64,000 nucleotides of DNA, taken from the NCBI GenBank assembly GCA_963727895.1, contig CAVSHT010000005.1, positions 416,001 to 480,000 of the forward strand, read 5' to 3'. How positions within the stretch are numbered: position 1 is the first letter of the stretch; each line of letters opens with the position of its first letter. The DNA comes from an uncultured Methanosarcinaceae archaeon (GTDB lineage: Archaea; Halobacteriota; Methanosarcinia; Methanosarcinales; Methanosarcinaceae). Positions 21,737 through 31,205 of this stretch are shown here, one piece after another. The notes beneath the pieces are model-generated. The model was not told the origin of the DNA. It saw only the letters and a program-made list of their open reading frames with translations, and did no database searches. The position numbers were made by a program, and so were the translations under genes.

Positions 21737-22502
21737 ATGGATTATTTTAAAGAAAGAGAAGCCGAAATTAATGGTTCTCTTCTTGTTGTACTGGCTGGAG
21801 AAAATCTTCTCTTTCTCGGACTGCCTGGAACAGCAAAAACCCAGCTTGCAAAAAATATCTGTCAATCTATTGAAGGTGGAAATTTTTTTAATTATCTCCT
21901 TACAAGCTTTACCACTCCTAAAGAGCTATTTGGTCCTCTATCCTTAAAAGCTTTGGAAAAAGACGAATTTCGTCGAAAAATCGATGGCTGTATCCCTACT
22001 GCACATATTGCTTTGCTGGACGAAATTTTTAAAGCAAGCAGTGCGATTCTGAATAGTCTCCTTACAATTCTCAATGAGCACAAATATCACAACGGGCAAG
22101 AGATTGTAGATGTACCCCTGCTCTCGGTTTTCGGGGCATCCAATGAGTTCCCTGATGAAAACGAGAGTCTTGAAGCCCTTTATGACCGCTTTTTATTCAG
22201 ATACAGATTGGCTTATATTCAGAACGAAGAGAATTTCCGGAATCTTCTTTTCAGGAACCCTGAAGAGTTCAAACCTGTTTTAAGAATCACTGTTTCCTCA
22301 ATATACGAACTTCGAGAACGTGCAAAAGATTTTTCTGTTGACCCTGATGTTGAGATTATTATAACTGAACTTAGAAAAAGTCTTCAGCTTCAAGAAATTG
22401 AAATCTCAGACCGGCGCTGGAAAAAAGTTGTTCAGGTACTCAAGGTTGCAGCTTACAGTAGCGGGTGTAAAACCGTGGACAGAACAATGGTACTTCTGCT
22501 TC
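21737..22502 (+). pseudogene. MoxR/RavA-like AAA+ ATPase truncated by IS6
   Basis: GLPGTAKT, ELFGP, LDEIFKASSAILNSLL, ASNE, ALYDRF, SDRRW; IS6 TIR begins at 22503. Confidence 0.85.
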
Positions 22503-23110
22503 GGTTTCGTTGCAAAAAATATCTGTTAAGGATATAATCAAATAAAAGGGAAGTAAAGGATAATGACATGCTATCTAATCCCTTTAAATGGAAGCATTTT
22601 GTGGGTGAAATTATTTTATTGAATGTTAGATTGTACTTAAAATATCCATTAAGTTATCGAAATTTAAAGGAAATGATGGCAGAAAGGGGAGTAATAGTCA
22701 ACCATACAACCATTATGAGATGGGTACATCAATACTCTCCTGAAATCGAAAAGAAGGTACGTAGATATTTAAGACCAACTAATAACTCTTGGAGAGTTGA
22801 TGAAACCTGTATAAAAGTGAGAGGTGAATGGAAATATTTTTACCGAGCAGTTGACTCAAATGGAGATACAATTGATTTCATGTTAAGTGCAAAACGAGAC
22901 CAAAAAGCAGCGAACAGATTCTTCAAAAAAGCTTTGAATTCTAATCATAATCAAATTCCAAGAGTAATCACAGTTGATAAAAATCCAGCTTATCCACCTG
23001 CTATAAATAAACTGAAAAATGATAAAATACTACCTATAAACGTAGGCATTCGACAAATCAAGTATTTGAATAACATTATAGAACAAGATCATAGATCCAT
23101 TAAACGAATA
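22503..23110 (+). mobile_element. IS6-family element, 3'-truncated by IS1
   Basis: TIR ggtttcgttgcaaaaaa; transposase nearly identical to the 12271 copy; stops at the IS1 end. Confidence 0.9.
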
Positions 23111-23849
23111 GGTATTGCTAACTAAACATAGTTAACTCTTTATTTCTGTATTTCATCAATAGAATAACCGAGTACTTTAGCATTTCAAGACTTTTTTTAT
23201 AACACTTTGTCTTTCTTCTCAATCTTGCTAGAAAGTGCCTCAATATGCTGTTATATCCCTCAACTGTAAATGTTTCTGCTTTTGATTGAGTATGAATAGT
23301 TTCTGGAAGAAACTCTGCATATGCCCTCCAGTGATCTGTCATCACTTCTCCAATGTCTTTTTTCTTCAATTTTTCCCAGAGTAGTTTTCCAGTTTCCGTT
23401 CCTCTACTACCAAAAGAGCAGTTGATGAACTTTTTCCCAACTCTATCAACAGCAATCCAGATCCAGCAATATTTTTTTGTTACCGATGTAAGTGTGCATT
23501 TTATCCATTTCAACAATAGATATCTCATTTTCACTTTTTAGGTCTTCTAACTCCTGACCAAATTTCTTTATCCATCTTTGGACAGAAACATGACTCACCC
23601 CTAAAAATCTTCCTATTGAACGAAAGCCCAATCCTTCAAGATAGAGTTGTAAAGCCTGTCTTTTTACAGAAGCGGAAAAAGCAGTTGATTTTAGCTCTAC
23701 TGTATAGTTATAGCCACAATCATGACATTTGTAGCGTTGACGCCCGCCAACTATACCATTCTTTTTGTGACTGGAACTATTACATCTGGGGCAGTTCATG
23801 AAGAAATATACTTTCTAATAATATATAACTATGTTTAAGTATCAAAGCC
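23111..23849 (-). mobile_element. IS1-family element
   Basis: Ends ggtattgctaactaaa / tttaagtatcaaagcc; InsA 23446-23799, InsB to 23118; no TSD. Confidence 0.93.
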
Positions 23850-23850
23850 A

Positions 23851-24273
23851 AATAAAAAAATTAATTTCAATAAGAATACCTCTATAGGAATAAATTCTAA
23901 AATAACCAAATTTATAGGGTTTGATCTCAAAGGAGCTGACCTTGAAGGAGCTAATTTTAAAGGAGCTACTCTTAAAGGAGCTACTCTTAAAGGAGCCAAT
24001 CTTGAAGGAGCTACTCTTAAAGGAACTAACTTTACAGGAGCTAACCTTGAAGGAACTAGCCTTATGAAGGCTGACCTTGATGGAGCTAACTTTAGATGGA
24101 CTAATATTAAAAGAGCTAAGTTTGATGGATCTAACCTTAATAGAACTAATCTTAGAGAAGCTTATTATTTGACATTTGATCAATTTTCTAAAATGGTAAT
24201 TATTCAACATACAGAAAATCAGTCTAACATTTTTGATTTTGACTTGTCATCTATAAGAAGCCTAATCTTATAG
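23851..24273 (+). pseudogene. Pentapeptide-repeat protein, 5'-truncated
   Basis: In-frame A(D/N/T)LxG repeats (ADLEG ANFKG ATLKG ATLKG ANLEG...) open back to the IS1 end. Confidence 0.8.
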
Positions 24274-24587
24274 ACAATTGATCTTTTGTTCTATTGCAAA
24301 AAAGTTAGTCATTTTACATTATAAGTGAAAAACCTTCACGATTAGGAAAGTTAATCACTCTTATCACCTAGAAAAATAGGTATATAAAGGTCCAATTATA
24401 GCCTTAAAGGTAGGAGAAAAAATTTTTTCAACACAACTAAGGAAAGGGTACAAAGCAAATTTTATAAAATTAAGGTTCATTACCTCTATTTTGCTTCTCA
24501 TGACATCTACACTGATATCGAACCATTAAGGGTTTAATGACATTTCGATATTTCAAAACACTAATCAAATAAAAATGAACGATTACA

Positions 24588-25571
24588 ATGTATGTCTGTA
24601 GAATAAATATATGTAATTATTTTCAAGCTGATATTAAAACGATTACTCGGTTTTTTTATCCTCTTATCCTTTTGGTGTTATTTGCAGGTATAGCTCAAGC
24701 TAGTTATATCACTGTCAGTCCTTCAGGCTCAAATGATCAAAATGTTATCAATCAGGCTCTTTCAAAAGTAAATCAATCTGGTAATGAAACTGTCTATCTA
24801 ACTTCTGGAGTCTATGACATTCAAGGGCAAATACTTATAGGATCAAACACTGTTCTAACAGGCTCATCAGGCGCTATTTTAAGAGTTCATCCTTACTCAA
24901 TAACTAATTATCCTGATGGAACCGGAGTTATAGGATTCAGAGGCAATTCTATTAATAACGTTGAAATTTCTAATTTTGAAATCGATGGAAATATTGAAAA
25001 TCAACCTAGTGGTTATTGGGGAACTGGTTATGAGAGAATAATCAATTTTTGGTGTGACTCTAGCAATCCAGGAAGCAATATTTCAATCCATAATATGTAC
25101 ATTCACGATAGTGCAGGAGATGGAGTACAGATTTGTTTTGCCAAAAATGTCTCTTGCTATAACAATAATATGAGTAATCTAGAACATGATGCTTTTTTCT
25201 TCCGTGATGTTATAGGCTCAGAAATCTATTCTAACAAAATTGCAGGAATAACGGACGATTGCGGGTGTTTAGATAATTGTCAGGATGCTAAGGTTAAAAA
25301 CAATCTCTTTTATTCTTACAATGGAACCAATAATAACAGTGCTATAGAATTTGGAGAAAACGGTTTTCAAATCGGTGATGAGAGCAACAAACCAGGTGCA
25401 ACCGAAAATATTGAAGTTTCTAATAATGTTTTTCAGAATATAGGATTAGCTGGAATTCAGTTGGATACACCAGGGTTAGCACAAACAGAGAAAGTTTCCA
25501 TACACCATAATATGTTCTATAACTGCGATTTTGAATCCAACGAACCATGGTGTGGTGAACTATTAGGGTGA
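24588..25571 (+). CDS. Secreted right-handed parallel beta-helix protein, probably C-terminally truncated
   Basis: Signal-like segment, DQxxINQAL..VYLxxGVY, Asn/Gly-rich PbH1-type repeats. Confidence 0.7.
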   Translation: MYVCRINICNYFQADIKTITRFFYPLILLVLFAGIAQASYITVSPSGSNDQNVINQALSKVNQSGNETVYLTSGVYDIQGQILIGSNTVLTGSSGAILRVHPYSITNYPDGTGVIGFRGNSINNVEISNFEIDGNIENQPSGYWGTGYERIINFWCDSSNPGSNISIHNMYIHDSAGDGVQICFAKNVSCYNNNMSNLEHDAFFFRDVIGSEIYSNKIAGITDDCGCLDNCQDAKVKNNLFYSYNGTNNNSAIEFGENGFQIGDESNKPGATENIEVSNNVFQNIGLAGIQLDTPGLAQTEKVSIHHNMFYNCDFESNEPWCGELLG

Positions 25572-25796
25572 TGTTCTTACTTTTTTATATTTCCAGTAAC
25601 ACTGTGTAGTTGACGGAGTTTTGTCTTCAAATAGGATGGATTTAAGGGATTTCTACAGAGCCGATAAAATAGAACTTAATATAATCAAATAATCTAATGA
25701 TAATTCCTTGTTATCAATCATTAATTCGTCTATACTTAATATAAATACTATTTTACTACTAAATTATTTCTTATTTTGGATCTTTTAATAATATTT

Positions 25797-25932
25797 GACA
25801 GTGTAACACAAGTTCAGTAAAATCACAAATTTTTAAAAGTTATTGAGTAGAAAATTCCACATCAGAAGATCAATTTTTTTTACTATTTACAAAAATTTAA
25901 CTTAGAATTTACAGCAAATTCGCGACACTGCC
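25797..25932. mobile_element. 136-bp MITE with 8-bp TSD TAATATTT
   Basis: Imperfect TIR gacagtgtaacacaagtt vs ggcagtgtcgcgaattt (reverse complement of the right end); exact TSD at 25789-25796 and 25933-25940. Confidence 0.7.
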
Positions 25933-26207
25933 TAATATTTAGTCCTGTACGTTAGACTCTGAATAGTATATAAATAAAAAAGAAATGATTGTTTACTACT
26001 ATTCTTTAATAGATTTATCAATTGACAATTACCTTGTTAAGTGTTAAATTTTTTAGTTTTTAAATGTTATTCCATAAATTAAAACTTTGGTGTTTAACAA
26101 AAGCTTCAACTCCTTAATATTTTAAGTTCCTATAAAAGTTCTAATATGTCAAATATATCTTTTTGTAAAATTGTTTCAATGAATTATATTTTATTTTAAA
26201 AAAAGAA

Positions 26208-26298
26208 GGTTCCTTTGCAAAAAAATCAGAATAAGCATGTAAATCTATAGAAAATGAACAAAAATCAAAATATTCTAGAAGATGTACAAATATTATAA
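26208..26298 (-). mobile_element. IS6 end remnant
   Basis: ggttcctttgcaaaaaaatcagaataagcatgtaaatctat aligns with 12271 onward. Confidence 0.75.
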
Positions 26299-26319
26299 TT
26301 TAGATACAGAACCCCGAGG

Positions 26320-26805
26320 ACTGAAGTAAAAAAATTCGTTACACTTAAATAAGGTTATCTGATTGCTGATGACACAGTACTTGATAAACTTTATTCTGAA
26401 AAGATAGGGTTTGTTCGACATCAGTGGAGTGGGAAACATCATTGTACTGTTAAGGGAATTGGTTTGATTACTTTAGTCTGAACAGATGGTACTGTCGTCT
26501 TACCTATCGATTTTCGCATTTATAATAGCGATGAAGACAATAAAACCAAGAATGATCATTTCCTTAATATGATTGATAAGGCTGAAGAACGTGGGTTTAG
26601 GCTTAGATATTTTATGTTTGATACATGGCATGCAAGCGTAAAGAACCTTAAAGCTATCAGGGAGAAACAATGGAATTTTATAACATGATTAAAATCAAAT
26701 CGTTTGGTGAATCCTGATAATACTAAGAATATCCCCCTTGAAACAGTGGAGATTCCTTATCAAAGAATTAGAGTTCATCGCAGAGAATACGGTTTTATTA
26801 CGGTA
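26320..26805 (+). pseudogene. IS701-family transposase remnant
   Basis: GYLIADDTVLDK..WSGKHH..KGI..LPIDFRIY..KTKND..FDTW..LKSNR with internal stops. Confidence 0.75.
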
Positions 26806-26816
26806 AGATTTTAAAA

Positions 26817-27209
26817 TTAAGTCTCTTATAAAGGCAAAGAATCTTGCTACAAAAAACAGTTCTGTAAAGTTATCGGGAGTCTATAACTTTCAACTATATT
26901 TTATAGTAATGAGATATATCTATATAAATGGCTATACTTATATATATTCAATATTCAGAAGACATATATAGTCCCTTAGTTAAAGAATTAGCATGAAGCA
27001 TCCGAAAAACGTGGCGCTTAAGTCTCTTATAAAGGCAAAGAATCTTGCTACAAAAAACAGTTCTGTAAAGTTATCGGGAGTCTATAACTTTCAACTATAT
27101 TTTATAGTAATGAGATATATCTATATAAATGGTTATACTTATATATATTCAATATTCAGAAGACATATTAGTTAAAGAATCAGCATGAAGCATCCGAAAA
27201 ACGTGGCGC
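26817..27209 (+). repeat. Tandem duplication of about 200 bp covering the SulP promoter and first 8 codons
   Basis: ttaagtctcttataaaggc...atgaagcatccgaaaaacgtggcgc twice (26817-27017, 27018-27209). Confidence 0.9.
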
Positions 27210-28966
27210 ACTTATTTAATTTATCTCTTTTACAAGGATTATTGCCACTCAATCCAATGCAAATTCCTATGGAAATTGTTGCTGGTCTCAGTTTTGCAGC
27301 AATAGCAATTCCACAAGCTATGGGTTATACTAAAATTGCAGGTATGCCAGTAATTACCGGTGTATATACGCTGCTACTACCAATGGTGGCTTTTGCTATT
27401 TTTGGCTCGTCACGCCATCTTGTCGTAGGTGCAGATTCTGCAACCGCAGCTATTATTGCCAGTGGGTTGGCAACTCTGGCATTACCTAACTCTTCTGAAT
27501 ATGTTGCATATGCAAGCACTATTGCATTGATTGCGGCAATTCTCCTTATTCTTGCTGGTTTCTTGAAATTGGGTTTTCTTGCGGATTTTCTTTCACATAC
27601 TGCTTTAATTGGATTTCTTACCGGTGTTGGAATTCAAATTTCTATATCACAAATTAACGGAATGTTAGGAGTGCCTTCAGGTCAGTTTGGTACATTGACG
27701 AGCATTGTGTTATTGTTAAAAAATATACATTATTTTAGTGTCCCTACACTCATTGTATCAGTCGGTGTGCTCTTAATAGTTGTTCCGTGTAGGATAAAAT
27801 ACAGTAAAATTCCTTGTATGTTAATAGCAATCATTGCCGCAATTGCCGCGAGCTGGTTCTGGAATCTTTCTTCTTATGGAATTGCAACTCTTGGTGAATT
27901 ACCTTCAGGCTTGCCTACATTATCTATACCAACTATACCACTTTCTGACGTACCATCAATTGTAAGTACATCCGTTGCTTGTTTCATGGTAATCCTTGCT
28001 CAGAGTATTGTAACATCAAGAGCATATTCCATCAAATTCGCCGATACGTTCGATGAAAATAAAGAATTGATTGGTCTCGGACTTGCAAATATCACTGCAG
28101 GAATAACGGGAACTTTTGTAGTTAATGGAAGTCCAACAAAGACGGAGGAAGTAAGACGCTCAGGTGGACGTACACAATTTACTCAACTTGTTGCCGTGGC
28201 AGTTACAGCGGCATTCTTACTCTGTTTCACAAAACCATTTGCATACCTTCCAACAGCTGTACTCTCAAGCATAGTTTTCTTTATTGGATTGAACTTAATT
28301 GATATTCATGGAATGCTCGACCTCTATAAACATCGTCGTGTGGAATTTGTAGTCGCAGTTGCGACTGCGATAGCTGTTATTCTCTGTGGTGTGGAAGCCG
28401 GTATTGGTATTGCAATAATACTTTCGATAAGTGTTCACCTGAGACACAGCTATAAACCACTTAATCTATTAATTGTTCCTAAAAATGAGTGCTGTACGAA
28501 GACAGTTCCATTATCAACAAATCAACATGCAATAGAGGGACTGTTAATATATCGCTTTGGTGCAAATCTTTATTTTGCTAATGAAGGTTATTTTGAGGAA
28601 GAAATATTGTCGCTTGTAAAGAGCAGTTATCCAATAAGATGGTTCTGTATTTCTGCGACTAACATAGGTGACATTGATTATACATCCATAGAAACGATGA
28701 GAGTCATATATAACCAACTTAAAACGCGAAAAATAAAATTGGCCATGTGCGATGTTGTTTCTCCTGTCATGGATGAATTAATAAAGGATGGTCTTATCGA
28801 TTTAATTGGCAAAGAACATATTTTTGAGACGGTGTATGATTTAATGGAGGCTTATAATAACACTAGATTTTCTGATGTAAAAGCACACGATCAAGCTACC
28901 ATTCAATGCTCTTCTAAGATGCCTTATACATCAGCTCAACGAAGTGACTTGGAACATTCTGCTTAA
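27185..28966 (+). CDS. SulP/SLC26 anion transporter with STAS domain
   Basis: IPQAMGY, FGSSRHLVVG, NKELIGLGLANI, GGRTQ, LYFAN..DIDYT. Confidence 0.92.
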   Translation: MKHPKNVAHLFNLSLLQGLLPLNPMQIPMEIVAGLSFAAIAIPQAMGYTKIAGMPVITGVYTLLLPMVAFAIFGSSRHLVVGADSATAAIIASGLATLALPNSSEYVAYASTIALIAAILLILAGFLKLGFLADFLSHTALIGFLTGVGIQISISQINGMLGVPSGQFGTLTSIVLLLKNIHYFSVPTLIVSVGVLLIVVPCRIKYSKIPCMLIAIIAAIAASWFWNLSSYGIATLGELPSGLPTLSIPTIPLSDVPSIVSTSVACFMVILAQSIVTSRAYSIKFADTFDENKELIGLGLANITAGITGTFVVNGSPTKTEEVRRSGGRTQFTQLVAVAVTAAFLLCFTKPFAYLPTAVLSSIVFFIGLNLIDIHGMLDLYKHRRVEFVVAVATAIAVILCGVEAGIGIAIILSISVHLRHSYKPLNLLIVPKNECCTKTVPLSTNQHAIEGLLIYRFGANLYFANEGYFEEEILSLVKSSYPIRWFCISATNIGDIDYTSIETMRVIYNQLKTRKIKLAMCDVVSPVMDELIKDGLIDLIGKEHIFETVYDLMEAYNNTRFSDVKAHDQATIQCSSKMPYTSAQRSDLEHSA

Positions 28967-29012
28967 CCTTACAAACATAGATACCGCTTTATAAATTATA
29001 GAACTTACGCAG

Positions 29013-29473
29013 TTGAACAAAAAAATCGATAAGACCGTGCTGATGAGGTCATCTGATTCTCCTGCAATCGAGGAAATATCAGTACTTATCCTTCGTTACT
29101 TCATAGGTATTCTAAAGCATGGGTATAACCAGAAAGGAGAATGGATTTCATTCAAAGAACTTAGGGGTGGACAAGCTATCCAACTTTTCAGAAAAATACA
29201 ATTAAATCGTTATTGAAAAGCCTTAGAGAAGATCCAGATAGTTTGATCCAGAATCTGATGGGTCGCTTTGGAGTCAAGCTTGTTGAAGGTGGTGATGTCT
29301 CGGTATAGCTGGTTACCTTTCCAAATGTTCGTGTCAAGTTCATTTTTTGGTTTGCAGATAAAGAGCTTCCACCTGAAGTGACTATACTGTTCGATAGGGA
29401 ATTGGCAGAGATTTTTACCACAGAGGAAATTGCAGCTTTAATGTTTTTCTTAGCTAATAGCATTGTTGCCTAA
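29013..29473 (+). pseudogene. DUF3786-like protein, frameshift plus internal stop
   Basis: GEWISFKELRGG ... FPNVRVKFIFWFADKELPPEVTILFD. Confidence 0.6.
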
Positions 29474-29573
29474 TGGATTAGGCACCTTAGGTTAATAGCA
29501 ATTTTTAGCCGTGTTAATACTTTCACATAGCTTCCTCAAGCCTTTTAATATTTTTTCATCTAATATTGCCTTG

Positions 29574-30778
29574 ATGCTCGCACACAATCAACCTACATGC
29601 AGCACTGAAAGGCAGATTGTTCTCCATGTAGATATGGATTCGTTTTTGCATCAGTTGAAGTTAGAGAGCATCCTGAACTTAAAGGTCTACCAGTTGTAGT
29701 GGGTTCAGACCCGAATGGAGGAAAAGGTAGGGGAGTCGTTAGCACTTGTTCATATGAGGCAAGGAAATACGGGATACACTCGTCAATGCCAGTTTCACAG
29801 GCTTTTAAACTTTGTCCAGATGCTGCCTTTGTGCCTGTGAACATGAAACTCTATGCACAGGTTTCAGCGAACGTAATGGAGATAATGAAAGGGTTTACTG
29901 AGAAATTCCAGCAGTTTAGTGTGGACGAAGCTTTTCTAGTGCCGGTTGCTGTCAGTAATTTTGAAGAAACTGCAATAATTGCTATAAGGATAGGACGAAA
30001 TCCTGAAGCAGGAAGGAATTACATGTTCAGTGGGGTCGGACCGAATAAACTAACTGCAAAGATCGCCTCAAAGTTTCAGAAACCGGATGGGTTGACCGTC
30101 ATAAGACCTGAAGATGTCCAAGAGTTTCTTTCTCCTCTAGATGTCTCAAAAATCCCTGGTATAGGTGAAAAAACAACCGAGGCTCTTAAACTGATAGGAA
30201 TAACCAAAGTCGAAGAGTTAGCAAACTGCGATATCCAGAGGCTTTCTGAAAGGTTCGGTAAAATGGGTCTATGGATGAAACAGATGGCGCATGGTCTGGA
30301 TTTCAGTGAAGTAAAGGAATGGGAGAAAGCGGTAAAGTCAACAAGTAGGAGTGGAACATTTGAGGAAGATACAAACGATCCAGTAAAAATTGCTGGCTTT
30401 CTGGAATTGATTGCTGAGAGCGTTCATAGAGCTCTTCTAAGAAATAGATTTCTTTTCAAAGTCGTGACCCTTTAAGTGCGCTTCGAGGATTTTTCTACAT
30501 ATACAAGGTCGAAGACTGTGTCTGTCTGGACTTCGGATATATTCGTCATTAAAAGGGTCGCCATATAACTACTTTCTGAGTTTATTGGAAAACAGAAAAT
30601 TAGACTAGTGTCATGAAAATTTAGTTATTAGTAATCTAATGAGCTCAAAATCGTTGTATGCTGACGAGAAGCTACCAATATTATGCTCAACAATTAAATT
30701 GTCAAGACACTAGTAGGTATAGGGGTCTCGAGACTAAGGGAAAGAGACACGAGGAAGACTCTGATTATGGATTTTTAA
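29574..30778 (+). pseudogene. dinB: DNA polymerase IV (Y family), frameshifts, nonsense codon and MITE insertion
   Basis: HVDMDSF, STCSYEAR, SVDEAF, AKIAS..KPDG, IPGIG; after TAA 30473 continues VRFEDF..TRS..IRLVGIGVSRL. Confidence 0.9.
30608..30710. mobile_element. About 103-bp MITE inserted in dinB
   Basis: TIR gtgtcatgaaaattt / aaattgtcaagacac; removing 105 bp restores IRLVGIGV; TSD reads as TA (or up to ACTAGT). Confidence 0.8.
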
Positions 30779-31205
30779 AATCAATTTTAGAACGGAAATT
30801 TCTTACATTACTCTTTTCGTTGCTTCTTTTGCTATTCCTACAGACTTTTTTCCTACTTGCAAGGTGGCTATAACAGAGTAGTTTGTGGCTGTGTCAATTA
30901 CAGAAATATTGTTGTCATGTTGGTTTGTTGTATACGCATATATCGTCGTGGTTAGAAAACTTGGTTTCTCTAAGGGTACTTTACTTTATATGAAGCAAGA
31001 AGCCGACTCAGGTAAATGGTTTACGAACAAAAGTCATTATATTTTTATACTGAATAAAGTTGATTGGTAACTTTCATTCAACTGGTTCTATGAATACAAA
31101 GAACGCATCTTAAATATAGTTCTGTTTTGAAAACAATAGATATAAGGAATATTAAGGTGTATTCAGTATTAACATTTTTTGAATTATTGGGGGCAAAGAG
31201 AATAA

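Noticed and set aside
25625..25662. Possible IS end (gggatttctacagagcc)
   Set aside because: No partner end or transposase is visible, so it cannot be assigned.
29246..29248. Pyrrolysine codon in the DUF3786-like gene
   Set aside because: The gene is also frameshifted and lacks a clear start, so decay is the simpler explanation.
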